Shown here piece by piece: positions 36,109 to 45,941 of a stretch of 64,000 bases of DNA (position 1 is its first letter; the number at the start of each line of letters is the position of its first letter). Under the pieces are notes generated by a model. It saw only the letters and a program-made list of their open reading frames with translations. It did no database searches and had not been told where the DNA came from. This DNA comes from a virus. Taxonomy: Duplodnaviria; Caudoviricetes. The stretch is taken from positions 19,529-83,528 of the IMG/VR virus record IMGVR_UViG_3300037484_000250; one strand, 5' to 3'. The translations under genes and the position numbers were made by a program.

Positions 36109-38070
36109 ATGTCGATCTGTTCATTTATATATGGTGGTGTTCGATCTGAATTTAAAGGAATCGTTGTTAATGATATTCGGCGAAGTGTTCTCCCCCCTAT
36201 TAATCCTAGAACTATCGATGTACCGGATAGGGATGGGATTTATTTTTTTAAGACAGATTTTAAGCAAAGAATTATCGAGGTTGATATTACTTTAATTGAA
36301 ACATCAAAAGAAGCGTTAAGGTCAAGGGTTGAAAATATTAGCATCTATTTAGATCCTAGGAATGGTGTTCAATCATTAGTATTTGATGATGAACTTGATA
36401 GAACTTATTATGCAGTTTTGTCAAATGACACTAATTTACCTCAACTCAAAGCATGGGGGAAAACGACTTTAGTTTTCCTTGTTCCAGATGGGTTCTCGTA
36501 TTCAACATTGCCAGTAATTCAAAATATTAATGCTGCACAGGATGCAATTTTTTCAAGAAGTTCAGATGCATATGAATCAGATGGTACTTTGGTTGGGCCA
36601 AATATTCCAAGATATGAAAATGGTGTTTTCGGTACAGCTATTCAGGTCGAAGAGGGAACGACAAATATGCTTACTGCAAACCAAAGTAGTGTTGAAACAA
36701 ATACTGTAGGATTTACGGCGACAACGGGGACGACGATCGGACAGGAATTCACATATGCCCATGTGGGCAAGGCGGGTCTTGTTATCGTTACGCAAGGACA
36801 AGTGGTAGAGGAAGGTGTAGAGCTTACGTTTGTTGCAGCAGCAGCAGCGACGACGTATACGTATAGTGTTTATCTAATCGGAAGTGGCAAGGTCAAATTG
36901 AATATTGAAGAACAGACGGGTGTCGGAGTTTTCATTACGGATACTGATTCTGCAGAAATAACCTTGTCATTCGATGAATTTGTTCGATATTCATTAACGA
37001 TTACTTCAAGTGGAACGACTGGAAGATTAGTTCCTAAGATAATAACGTCTGTTCAAAATTTTGCTCAAGTTTATGCAGATGCTTTCCAAGTTGAGGCTAA
37101 AGCATATGCTACGAGTTGGCATCTTGGTGGGGCATCAAGAGGAGATGAACTATTAAAGATTGCAACTGACACAAGATTGTTCGGTCAGCAAGGAACATTA
37201 GATTTCTTTTTTAAGAAGACTGGCCGGGCTGGGGATTTTGGAGGAATGTTTGATTGGGGAGCTTTTACGGCTGGATCTACTAAAGACAGGATCTGTATTT
37301 TGCATGGTGCATCGATTGGATCGGGTGAAGATGATATCCAATTTAATATCGTTAATTCATCTCAAACACAATCGAAGACAATTACAGTTAGCTTGACAAC
37401 TGATCTAGTTGTTGGCCGGGAATATTATTTAGCATGTCGATGGTATCTAGATGGGACAACTGGTGGACAGATGATCATGACATTAGCTGATCTGGTGACG
37501 AATGAAGAATTCAAAACGATTGCTAGTGCGACTATCAACCCACCAACTATGACAGCATTTAGTACTGCATTTCTGGGAAGTTTAACAGGAGGTAATTATT
37601 GGTCTAATTGCACCTATGATAGTTTTAGAATGTCAATTGTAATAAGGAGTTCGTCGGATATCACTGATTCTTGGGAATTCAGAAGACCATTGATTAAAGA
37701 TCCGAAAGCGTCTGTTAAATATTCATTTGCTGAAACGTTAGCTGGAACATTGGTAACTAATTTAGGTACAGCGCCAGCAGATCCGACAATAACACTCACC
37801 TTTATTTCAGCAACAACAGATCCTATTATTACCCAATTTAAAGCAGGATCGACAGAAGTTCAGGCATTGCAAGTAACTGGTTCATTTGTTTCAGGTGATC
37901 AAGTGCTTATAAATTCTGATACTAGAAAGGTTACGTATAATAGTGCAGTTATTAATGATCAAGTAACATTGGCAAGTGAATTCCCTGTATTGACGGGGGA
38001 TCATTTCTATACGTTTGCGCCCACGACTAGCACTGATATAACGGTCGCGTATACGCCGAGGTGGTTATAA
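36109..38070 (+). CDS. Distal tail protein (Dit) with inserted carbohydrate-binding/LamG-like domains
   Basis: DVPDRDG.YF...LVFDDELDRTYYAVL N-terminus; long beta-rich insert; C-terminal TITLTF...VLINSDTRKV...YTPRWL. Confidence 0.8.
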   Translation: MSICSFIYGGVRSEFKGIVVNDIRRSVLPPINPRTIDVPDRDGIYFFKTDFKQRIIEVDITLIETSKEALRSRVENISIYLDPRNGVQSLVFDDELDRTYYAVLSNDTNLPQLKAWGKTTLVFLVPDGFSYSTLPVIQNINAAQDAIFSRSSDAYESDGTLVGPNIPRYENGVFGTAIQVEEGTTNMLTANQSSVETNTVGFTATTGTTIGQEFTYAHVGKAGLVIVTQGQVVEEGVELTFVAAAAATTYTYSVYLIGSGKVKLNIEEQTGVGVFITDTDSAEITLSFDEFVRYSLTITSSGTTGRLVPKIITSVQNFAQVYADAFQVEAKAYATSWHLGGASRGDELLKIATDTRLFGQQGTLDFFFKKTGRAGDFGGMFDWGAFTAGSTKDRICILHGASIGSGEDDIQFNIVNSSQTQSKTITVSLTTDLVVGREYYLACRWYLDGTTGGQMIMTLADLVTNEEFKTIASATINPPTMTAFSTAFLGSLTGGNYWSNCTYDSFRMSIVIRSSSDITDSWEFRRPLIKDPKASVKYSFAETLAGTLVTNLGTAPADPTITLTFISATTDPIITQFKAGSTEVQALQVTGSFVSGDQVLINSDTRKVTYNSAVINDQVTLASEFPVLTGDHFYTFAPTTSTDITVAYTPRWL

Positions 38071-39921
38071 ATGCAAGTAAAAAAAGATTCGAATACGATC
38101 GGGATAGATTGTTCTTGTTTTAATAGTACGATTAGCTGGGGAACGGTTGCGACAGATCCGAGGAATATAAAATTTGCTTATTTAAGATGCAGTATGGGAA
38201 CAAGTAATTCGGATACGAAATTTGCTAAAAATGCTGCGGGAGCAAGAGCAAATAATATTCTGGTCGGGGCATATCATTTTCTTAGACCAATTAGGCCAGC
38301 TTATGCTTCGACTAGAGCAACGGATGAGGCAAATAATTTTGTAACTAAGATGCAAGTTGGATTAGGTGGAGGGGAATTTGGGGATATATATCCTGTTGTG
38401 GATGTTGAATTCCCAAGCACACCAGCAATTGCAAATGATCCTGTGGAGACAAGGGATCTATTAAATTATGTTCAAACATTTAGGAATAGAGTTGAACAAG
38501 TAACTGGAAGAACAATCATGGCTTATGTCGGTGTGGATTATATGCAGAGTCCTTGGAACAATTTTAATTACCCGACTTCGGCTGGGCCTATATCTGACAT
38601 GCCGTTGTGGGCAGCATATTGGTTAAGATTGCATGTGGGATCTAGTGCTCCGCCGGATGCGGGAGGGTGGACGCAGTGGAGGGTATGGCAGTATTCGGAT
38701 ACGGGTGTGGTTACTGGAATAACGACAGCGACGGATCTTAATTTTGGGCCGGATAATCTAAGATTTTTGCAGGATAATACTGCAGAATCAAAAGGACTTG
38801 CACCAGTTAAACAATTATATGTTTTGAATTCAAATAAAAGATTGCAAGTAGTATTGAGTAATGCTAGTGCTGCATGTCCTTTTTATAATCCGATCCATAC
38901 AGAACAGATCAACCAAGAGAATAAATTAACATTTAGTGTTCCGGCTAACCATGCGGACGCTGCAGAAGTCATAGAGGGAAATCTTGTATTTTTCAGGGAT
39001 TTTGATGATCCGACTCAGATTCAATTATTCGAAATTCTAAGAATTGAAGAAAGCCATCTAGGTAATTTATATAAAGATGTGGTATGCCAGCATAAGGTCT
39101 TTGAGTTGGTCGATGATTGGATCGATAGTTTGACGTTAACAGATGTGACATGTGGATCAGCTTTGAATTCCATTCTTACAGGAACTAGATGGATTGTAGG
39201 CGCAGTCGAACCCGTGGGTACTCATACATTTAGATTTTTCAGAGTGACGGTTATGGAGGCATTAAGAAGAATCGTAACAACGTGTGATGGCGAGTGGAAG
39301 TTTAGAGTTGAATTTGTAGGGTCAGATATTACAGCGCAATATATCGATATCGTAAATCAGCGTGGAGAAGATCGTGGAAGACGTTTCGAGTATAGCCGGG
39401 ATATAAAGAGTATTAGAAGAATGATTGATAATTCTCGGTTAGTTACTAAGGCATTTGGATATGGCGGATCAACGTTGATTACATTTTCTACAGTCTTGTG
39501 GACGACTGCAGGGGGAGATCCGGCGGATAAACCAGTGAGCCAATTATATGTCGAAGATAAACTTGCTACGAGTCAATATGGTAGGTATCGGGGATCTACT
39601 AATATATTACCAGTCGAGAATTCATTTACCTCAACGACCTCTAATAAGATAACATTGTTAGAACAGACGTGGGATTATATTCAAGATAATAATTTTCCAA
39701 GGACGACATATGAACTAGAGGTCGCAGATTTGGAAATTATTGCTGGGAGTGCACACCAGAAGGTTAGACTTGGCGATACTGTGAAGGTAATTGATACTTT
39801 ATTTCAACCAGTTTTAAGATCCTCGGCCCGCATATATGAAGTCGATCGTTATCTGAGCGAACCTGAAAAAAATCATGTGGTTATTAGTAGCCTTCCATTG
39901 ATCTTAATAGCTGATTCGTGA
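38071..39921 (+). CDS. GH25 muramidase fused N-terminally to a Tal/tail-spike structural domain
   Basis: GIDCS...FAYLRCSMG...VGAYHF...VVDVE...LWAAYW...WQYSDTG (GH25), then IHTEQINQENKLTFSVP...RGEDRGRRFEYSRDIKSIRR...LGDTVKVID (Tal). Confidence 0.8.
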   Translation: MQVKKDSNTIGIDCSCFNSTISWGTVATDPRNIKFAYLRCSMGTSNSDTKFAKNAAGARANNILVGAYHFLRPIRPAYASTRATDEANNFVTKMQVGLGGGEFGDIYPVVDVEFPSTPAIANDPVETRDLLNYVQTFRNRVEQVTGRTIMAYVGVDYMQSPWNNFNYPTSAGPISDMPLWAAYWLRLHVGSSAPPDAGGWTQWRVWQYSDTGVVTGITTATDLNFGPDNLRFLQDNTAESKGLAPVKQLYVLNSNKRLQVVLSNASAACPFYNPIHTEQINQENKLTFSVPANHADAAEVIEGNLVFFRDFDDPTQIQLFEILRIEESHLGNLYKDVVCQHKVFELVDDWIDSLTLTDVTCGSALNSILTGTRWIVGAVEPVGTHTFRFFRVTVMEALRRIVTTCDGEWKFRVEFVGSDITAQYIDIVNQRGEDRGRRFEYSRDIKSIRRMIDNSRLVTKAFGYGGSTLITFSTVLWTTAGGDPADKPVSQLYVEDKLATSQYGRYRGSTNILPVENSFTSTTSNKITLLEQTWDYIQDNNFPRTTYELEVADLEIIAGSAHQKVRLGDTVKVIDTLFQPVLRSSARIYEVDRYLSEPEKNHVVISSLPLILIADS

Positions 39922-40014
39922 GTTAAGAGGGTGTCTAGTAAATATTGATTCATAAATTCAGAATATTGATTTGTAGATTCATGATTTAAAATTTAAGAAA
40001 GGGGATGATTAGTA

Positions 40015-40500
40015 ATGGCATTTAGGGGACACAGACAAACTCCGTATGAAAACCAATATGCCCTTTCAAGTAGAATGTTTTATTGGAGTTTAAGCCAACC
40101 TTTTGCATCAAGCATTACGGATATTCAATTGCATACCGGAGGAACTAACTATATACATTTTATTGAACGTTCTTTTCAGACGGGAAGTTCTGGATATAAT
40201 GTAAAATTACTTGAAGATGTTGGATTAACAACTGGAACTTCTGAGCTTACATCGTATAATGTCAATCGTGCATCAACATTAGGATCTACCATGAAAATTT
40301 ATTCTATGCCCTCTGCTGCATCTAGTAGTGGTTCGACATTAGAAAATATTACCTTAATCAAGGATAATAGATGGGATCAGTTACCAACTGAATTAATTCT
40401 GAAACGTAGTGAAGACTATGTGTTTAGAATAAATAATACCGGATCAACGATACTTTCTCTAGATATAAATTTTGTTTGGTATGAATTAGCGAGTTGTTAA
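40015..40500 (+). CDS. Hypothetical tail-module protein
   Basis: 161 aa ORF, GGGG RBS, beta-rich and S/T-rich. Confidence 0.55.
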   Translation: MAFRGHRQTPYENQYALSSRMFYWSLSQPFASSITDIQLHTGGTNYIHFIERSFQTGSSGYNVKLLEDVGLTTGTSELTSYNVNRASTLGSTMKIYSMPSAASSSGSTLENITLIKDNRWDQLPTELILKRSEDYVFRINNTGSTILSLDINFVWYELASC

Positions 40501-40532
40501 TTTTTTTTAAAATTTGAAAGGGGTTTTAAGAA

Positions 40533-41030
40533 ATGGCAAATACAGTCTTTAACACCTATAAAAAGTTTTCTGTAGGTTCGTCTAGTGGTGCATTCAAACG
40601 GATTAGTTTGCTAGGAGATACAATCAAAGTTGCTTTAGTTACGACTGGTTATTCTGTTAACCCAGATGATAATCTTTTTTCAGATGGTACAACTTCTGAT
40701 GCAGCATCTTATGAATTAAATAATACGACCGGAGGATATGCTGGCGGTATTGGTGGATCAACTGGTAGAAAAACATTGGCTTCGAAAACTATTACTCAAG
40801 ATGATACCAATAATAGGGCAGTGTTTGATGCTTCGGATATAACTTGGTCAGGAATTAATGCTGGTACTGCTGGGGCAGCTATTTTAATTAGAGAGGGTGG
40901 GGCAGGAACTACTACGAGTGATACTGGAACTACGATGATTTGTTATATTGACAGTGGATTTCCTGTTATTACAAATTCGGGAGATGTTACTATTTCATGG
41001 AGTACGGCTGGTATCATAGATTTGACATAG
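40533..41030 (+). CDS. Putative tail/baseplate structural protein
   Basis: IKVALVT...RAVFDASDITW...GDVTISW pattern seen in siphophage tail genes. Confidence 0.55.
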   Translation: MANTVFNTYKKFSVGSSSGAFKRISLLGDTIKVALVTTGYSVNPDDNLFSDGTTSDAASYELNNTTGGYAGGIGGSTGRKTLASKTITQDDTNNRAVFDASDITWSGINAGTAGAAILIREGGAGTTTSDTGTTMICYIDSGFPVITNSGDVTISWSTAGIIDLT

Positions 41031-41073
41031 GAGTTTAATAAATCTAGGTATTTTTAAAAGAAATTTAATGCAT

Positions 41074-41113
41074 AAATAAGACCCGCGAATTTTTAAGTTC
41101 GTGGGTTTATTTT
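41074..41113 (+). terminator. Terminator hairpin
   Basis: AAATAAGACCCGCGAA ... TTCGTGGGTTTATTTT. Confidence 0.6.
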
Positions 41114-41138
41114 GTAATAGCGAGGTGATTTTCAAGAG

Positions 41139-41471
41139 ATGCAATGGGGAATCAGAAATAAAATGATATATGAAACTAGTGGGGATCTTAATTATGCAGT
41201 TAGTGTGCTGCCATCTAGCGTATTTATTTGGGGTGTGGAAGATGGGGCTATTAATTGTAAGGGTTGCCCATTTTGTATAAAAAATTCGACGTTTGATTTC
41301 AAAATGAAAAGATGGACTCTGTATGGGACTAAGTTTTTTGAAGATGAACTTGATGCGTTAAATTATGGTAATCTATTTTCTGGTGTAATTGAAATGGAAG
41401 TAGTTGAATTTTATTCTATTTGTGAGACTACTGGAATTCCACAATGTCCACATCGATGTCCCGGTTGTTGA
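41139..41471 (+). CDS. Hypothetical Cys-containing protein
   Basis: 110 aa ORF, GAGGTG RBS. Confidence 0.5.
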   Translation: MQWGIRNKMIYETSGDLNYAVSVLPSSVFIWGVEDGAINCKGCPFCIKNSTFDFKMKRWTLYGTKFFEDELDALNYGNLFSGVIEMEVVEFYSICETTGIPQCPHRCPGC

Positions 41472-41537
41472 TTTAGAAAAAATAAAAATGTCTTGTTAAT
41501 TTAATTTATTCTTAAAAGAAAGGAGGGAAAAGTAAAA

Positions 41538-42956
41538 TTGACAACGGTAGGACAAGGAACTTATCAAGGATATTCTTTCTTACCCGCTAGTAAAGGTAAG
41601 TGTTTAGTCCCAAACTCAAGTGATTATCAACCAGCAGCAATCACGATTGAGTTCAGGGTAAGGCTTGACCTTATATATTCTTCTCAAACATCTGCTACTC
41701 CTATTTGGATCTTTAATTTTGCGACTGGATCTGGGTTTGGTGTATTTTTCTCTAGGGCAACTGGTGGTTTGACTTTTAGGTTGGTAACTGCTGCTGGGAC
41801 AACAAATTTCTTAGTAAATGGAATAGTAAATACTTGGAATACTAGTGATGTACATCATATTGCAGTAACTTATGATGGCGCATTTATGAAAACATTTGAA
41901 GATGGTGTTGAGAAAGGTTCTCTTGCTAAAACAGGGGCAATTATTCACAATATAACTCAACCTTTATTATTTAATGGCCCAGATTCATCGACACCGAGTG
42001 CAGGATATGTCAATGGATTCTTAGATGAAATCAGAATTTGGGATTATGCAAGAACAGATGTTGAGATAACTGCTGATATGGCTTCGGAATTAGTTGGTAC
42101 TGAGAGTGGATTAGTTGGGTTATGGAAATTTGATGAAGATAGCGGAACGGTGGCACTGGATTCCACTGCTTTTGCTAATAATGGAACGTTAGTAGGACAT
42201 ACTAGTGTTATAATTAACTTCCTCCCAGATCCTAATGCAATAAATTTTAGTGTAAATCAACCGGATATTAATTTAATTGTTTATCCAGATCCGGCAGTAG
42301 CGACATTTACGGCTAAAAAACCGTTGATTATCTTGGTTGCTCCGACACCAATTGTAGCTAATTTTACAGCAAATCCAGTTAAAGTAAATAGAACTATACA
42401 TGCTGAACAAACTACTATTAGTTTTGTTGTGTCAACGCCGACAATTAGGTTGATATCATATGCAACACCAAGTGTAATAACTTTATCTAATCCACCGCCG
42501 ACAATTGTTATGACGATTAATCCAACGCCAGCAATCGCGAATTTTTCTGTTAACGATCCTCGTGTAAATTTGGTCATATATCCAGAAGAGGCAATCGCGA
42601 ATTTTTCTGTTAACGATCCTCGTGTAAATTTGGTCATATATCCAGAAGAGGCAATCGCGAATTTTTCTGTTAATGATCCTCGTGTAAATTTGGTCATATA
42701 TCCAGAAGAGGCAATCGCGAATTTTTCTGTTAACGATGTGGTTATAAATCAAACCATTTTACCAATTCCAGTGACGATAAGTTTCAGCGCAAATGGTGTG
42801 ATATTTTCGTATGTGCTTTATCCAGATCCAGAGATAATTATTTTTAGCGTTCCTGATCCGACAGTAACAAATACACCACCAGTAAATATTACAATCCATT
42901 TTACAGTTAAAATATTTAATGTTATTAATTATCAAGTGATTATAGAAAATAGTTGA
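41538..42956 (+). CDS. LamG/concanavalin-like domain protein with 20-aa repeats (putative receptor-binding or adhesin)
   Basis: HHIAVTYDG, GFLDEIRIWDYART, LVGLWKFDE; Pro/Val-rich repeats. Confidence 0.75.
   Translation: MTTVGQGTYQGYSFLPASKGKCLVPNSSDYQPAAITIEFRVRLDLIYSSQTSATPIWIFNFATGSGFGVFFSRATGGLTFRLVTAAGTTNFLVNGIVNTWNTSDVHHIAVTYDGAFMKTFEDGVEKGSLAKTGAIIHNITQPLLFNGPDSSTPSAGYVNGFLDEIRIWDYARTDVEITADMASELVGTESGLVGLWKFDEDSGTVALDSTAFANNGTLVGHTSVIINFLPDPNAINFSVNQPDINLIVYPDPAVATFTAKKPLIILVAPTPIVANFTANPVKVNRTIHAEQTTISFVVSTPTIRLISYATPSVITLSNPPPTIVMTINPTPAIANFSVNDPRVNLVIYPEEAIANFSVNDPRVNLVIYPEEAIANFSVNDPRVNLVIYPEEAIANFSVNDVVINQTILPIPVTISFSANGVIFSYVLYPDPEIIIFSVPDPTVTNTPPVNITIHFTVKIFNVINYQVIIENS
42531..42736 (+). 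repeat. 60-bp tandem repeat (~3.4 copies)
   Basis: GCAATCGCGAATTTTTCTGTTAA... at 42531, 42591, 42651 and 42711, encoding AIANFSVNDPRVNLVIYPEE. Confidence 0.95.
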
Positions 42957-42957
42957 G

Positions 42958-43272
42958 GTGAGGAAAGAATTGAAAGTTAATGATATTGGGACAAATTTAA
43001 TTTTTACGATCATTGACCCTACTGATTCTGTAGTTGATCTAACTACAGCTACCTCATCAACACTTTGCATACTCGATGGTGATAATACTTTAACAAGTCA
43101 TGGGATGACTATTTATAATGCAACTGCTGGTCAAGTATCGTACCAAATAGTGTCTGGTGATCTACCTAGCACTGGTGTATATAAATTTGAGGTACGTTTA
43201 AAATTTCCGGTAGGCACAGTTTATACTTCGAGTAGAACATTTGATGTTGTCGAACCTAATCTTTGCCCATAA
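42958..43272 (+). CDS. BppU N-terminal-like baseplate protein
   Basis: NDIGTNLIFTI...GQVSYQI..GDL...GVYKFEV. Confidence 0.65.
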   Translation: MRKELKVNDIGTNLIFTIIDPTDSVVDLTTATSSTLCILDGDNTLTSHGMTIYNATAGQVSYQIVSGDLPSTGVYKFEVRLKFPVGTVYTSSRTFDVVEPNLCP

Positions 43273-43285
43273 AGGAGTGAGTTTA

Positions 43286-43567
43286 TTGGATTTGATTCTA
43301 AATGCAACAGATTGGCAACTGATAATATTTTTCACTCCAATTATTATGTCTATTACAGAAGTGTTCAAAGCATTGGGATTAAATAAAAAATTCTTTCCCT
43401 TATCAAATATTTTCTTCGGGATATTTGCAGCATATTTCTTTATTCCGAGTGGTCGTGGGTGTATCCCGACAGCGATCTTGATCGGGATCATAACTGGTTT
43501 ATCGGCGAGTGGTTTATATTCGTCTGGTAAAAATACGATTGAACAAGTCAAAAATGGGAAAAATTAA
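43286..43567 (+). CDS. Holin
   Basis: Small multi-TM protein, ITEVFKALG.NKKFFP...GIITGLSASGLYS..KN, basic C-terminus. AAAGGAG RBS with TTG start. Confidence 0.75.
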   Translation: MDLILNATDWQLIIFFTPIIMSITEVFKALGLNKKFFPLSNIFFGIFAAYFFIPSGRGCIPTAILIGIITGLSASGLYSSGKNTIEQVKNGKN

Positions 43568-43568
43568 T

Positions 43569-43593
43569 GACGGCATGGGCCGTCTTTTCTTTT
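43569..43593 (+). terminator. Terminator ending the late operon
   Basis: GACGGC-atgg-GCCGTC followed by TTTTCTTTT. Confidence 0.75.
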
Positions 43594-43601
43594 GTTTAGG
43601 T

Positions 43602-43631
43602 GTGGACAATGTCGTCATAATATGAGATAAT
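43602..43631 (+). promoter_or_regulatory. SigA-type promoter with operator 1
   Basis: GTGGACAATGTCGTC over -35 (TGGACA), 17 bp, TGaGATAAT. Confidence 0.65.
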
Positions 43632-43816
43632 AAGGATGTTGAAGGGAAAGGGAATGAAAGATGTACCAACTAAAATGCAAGTAGCTCAGGAAGCGAAAGC
43701 GTGGGGTGGATGCCGAGAGGCCGATGCACACACACAACTACTCTAAAAGTTGTTAAGTTGGAGTCTTAGTTTTAAATATCCTTTCCCTTCATATCGATAC
43801 ATTAAAAAGGGGGAAG

Positions 43817-44020
43817 TTGAAAATGAATATACAACATGCGATAGATGAGATAAAATCTGGTAGATATAAAAGTTATACTAATCGGTTCGATATCAAGAGG
43901 ATCATGAATGCAATGGAGTCTGGTGAGTGGGATGAAGTTAAGAAAAGCAGATTGTACAAATTACATGGTGGGGAATATTGTGAGTTGTTGAGCATCTTGC
44001 ATCGATATGTGAAGGAATAG
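43817..44020 (+). CDS. Hypothetical protein
   Basis: 67 aa ORF, GGGGG RBS. Confidence 0.55.
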   Translation: MKMNIQHAIDEIKSGRYKSYTNRFDIKRIMNAMESGEWDEVKKSRLYKLHGGEYCELLSILHRYVKE

Positions 44021-44094
44021 GGTCTATACCATCACCAAATTTTCTAGTATAATAGAGTATGAAAGTAAGAATGTAGGAATTGGAGGCTAAATGA

Positions 44095-44379
44095 ATGATT
44101 ACAGCATTGAGGGAGAAATCCCAGATAACATTGCCAAAGGAGGTTGTAGATGAACTAAAAATAAAGAAAGGTGATAATTTAGAAATCATAGTTCAAGATG
44201 GAAAGATAATTATTACGCCTGTTTTAGTCATTGATAAGGATCAAGCATGGTTTTGGACAAAAGAATGGCAAGATGGGGAACGAGAGGCAGATGAAGATAT
44301 AAAGATGGGAAGAGTCAGCGAACCCATGGATCTAGAAAATTTCTTAGAACATTTGGAAAGGTTAAAGCTAGATGTTTAA
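44095..44379 (+). CDS. AbrB/MazE/SpoVT-family antitoxin
   Basis: REKSQITLPKEV...IKKGDNL...DQAWFWTKEWQDGEREADEDI. Confidence 0.85.
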   Translation: MITALREKSQITLPKEVVDELKIKKGDNLEIIVQDGKIIITPVLVIDKDQAWFWTKEWQDGEREADEDIKMGRVSEPMDLENFLEHLERLKLDV

Positions 44380-44641
44380 AAATTTGCAGAGAACCAATTA
44401 TTTCACAAAGCAATATATCAAATTTGATAGGGTAACACAAAAGATAATAGATAAGGCAATAGTTCAATTATTTTCTGAACCATTGCCAAATAGTTTGAGA
44501 TTTAAAAAGATTAAAGGATGCCAAGGGATCTATGAAATTAGTGGAAATATGGATATTAGAATAACATTTAGTATTGATGGAGAAAAGAATATAATTTTTA
44601 GAAATTGTGGACACCATGCTGAAGTTTTAAAAAACCCATAA
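44372..44641 (+). CDS. RelE/ParE-superfamily toxin
   Basis: RTNYFTKQY...SLRFKKIKG...IYEISGNMDIRITF...FRNCGHH; overlaps the antitoxin gene. Confidence 0.8.
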   Translation: MFKNLQRTNYFTKQYIKFDRVTQKIIDKAIVQLFSEPLPNSLRFKKIKGCQGIYEISGNMDIRITFSIDGEKNIIFRNCGHHAEVLKNP

Positions 44642-44851
44642 ATGGAGGAAATGAAAATGAAAAAAGGTGATTATATTAAAACTCCAAGATTTCTGACAGT
44701 TAAAATTGCAGATGTATTTGGAAATCTGGAAATAGCGAAGGAACAAGGATACAAAGAACCTACCCATTTCGAAGATGAAAACTATGAAATTCTAGGGAAA
44801 CATACCGGAACTAATACGATGATTTTTGCAGCTATTAAAATAAAAAATTAG
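44642..44851 (+). CDS. Hypothetical protein
   Basis: ORF with GGAGG RBS (start probably 44651 or 44657). Confidence 0.55.
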   Translation: MEEMKMKKGDYIKTPRFLTVKIADVFGNLEIAKEQGYKEPTHFEDENYEILGKHTGTNTMIFAAIKIKN

Positions 44852-44867
44852 AGAGAAAGGTGAAATT

Positions 44868-45038
44868 ATGAGATTTTTAATATTAGCAGAGTATGTAAAA
44901 AGTGGTAAAAAATTATGGTGGAATTCATCGGTGAATGATATTTGGAAAAAAGATACTACTGCATTCTTACCGGGATCACTTACGAAAGTTAAAATTATTG
45001 ATGTAATAGATTTGAGTATGATAACCAAGGAAATATAG
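44868..45038 (+). CDS. Small hypothetical protein (56 aa, below ORF-track cutoff)
   Basis: AAAGGTG RBS; MRFLILAEYVKSG...KEI*. Confidence 0.45.
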   Translation: MRFLILAEYVKSGKKLWWNSSVNDIWKKDTTAFLPGSLTKVKIIDVIDLSMITKEI

Positions 45039-45074
45039 TTTTCTAAAAGACATCAACTCGTCCCAGGATTATGG

Positions 45075-45221
45075 TATAATAATGAAAATAAATGAATAAA
45101 GCGAAAACCTCCGAGAATTGGTAGTTCTCGAAGGTTTTCATTCGTCCAAGCATCCTTACCCGATGCGAAGATTTCTTATATGATTATGTCCATTATACCA
45201 TGTAATAGTACAGGGTATCAA
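45075..45221. promoter_or_regulatory. Rep leader with divergent promoter and hairpin (candidate antisense-RNA control)
   Basis: Plus-strand TGgTATAAT at 45072-80. Minus-strand TTGATA-18-TATAAT at 45221-45192. Hairpin GAAAACCT...AGGTTTTC at 45103-45139. Confidence 0.5.
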
Positions 45222-45296
45222 TGACATTTTATGGATCTTCTGCTATCTGGTTAAGTGCCGGATAGCTTTTTTATATTGTGAGGGAGAGAAATAAAG

Positions 45297-45920
45297 ATGG
45301 ATGGAAAATTAAAAAGAGTTCCGATCAAGGAAGAACTTGTAAAATTATGTAATGGTAGTTTCGTGGATGCAATTATCTTGCAGCAAATGCTTTATTGGTC
45401 TGAAAGGGTTAAGGATTTTGATAAGTTTATTACTGAGGAAAAAATAAGATCTCAAAAACATGATATAGAAATAACCATGGAATTAACTAGAGGATGGATT
45501 TATAAAACCTCAGAGGAATTATCTGAGGAAACAATGTTAGGATTATCAAAAAGTTCCATGAGACGGCATTTGCAGAAATTAATAAAAATGGGGTATATGG
45601 AGGAAAGAAAAAACCCAATTTATAAATGGGATCAAACATTACAATATAGGATGAATATAAATAAGATTCGTGAAGATTTGGGTAATCTTGGATTCGTTTT
45701 AGATGGATACCCAATTTCTAAAATGAATAATGGAAGTTCTATTATAGAATCTCCATGTTCTAATATGAAAATTCAAGTAATCGATTTAGAAACTCAAGGA
45801 ATCAATTCAGAACTGCAATACCAGAGATTACAACCAGAGATTACAACAGATATAAATATAGGGGGAAATAAAAATAGAAAAGAGGATAAGAAGAATAAAT
45901 ACGAAAAGTTCTATTTGTAA
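45297..45920 (+). CDS. Replication initiator-like winged-HTH protein
   Basis: DAIILQQMLYWS, GWIYKTSEEL, SMRRHLQKLIKMGY, DQTLQYR; ACCAGAGATTACA direct repeat near the 3' end. Confidence 0.6.
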   Translation: MDGKLKRVPIKEELVKLCNGSFVDAIILQQMLYWSERVKDFDKFITEEKIRSQKHDIEITMELTRGWIYKTSEELSEETMLGLSKSSMRRHLQKLIKMGYMEERKNPIYKWDQTLQYRMNINKIREDLGNLGFVLDGYPISKMNNGSSIIESPCSNMKIQVIDLETQGINSELQYQRLQPEITTDINIGGNKNRKEDKKNKYEKFYL

Positions 45921-45941
45921 TAATATTGGGAGGGGTTCAAG

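Noticed and set aside
45820-45856. Frameshift in rep at the ACCAGAGATTACA repeat (alternative frame reads AIPEIT)
   Set aside because: The ORF is open through the repeat and both readings are plausible. Without homolog alignment there is no evidence of disruption; more likely an iteron-like repeat.
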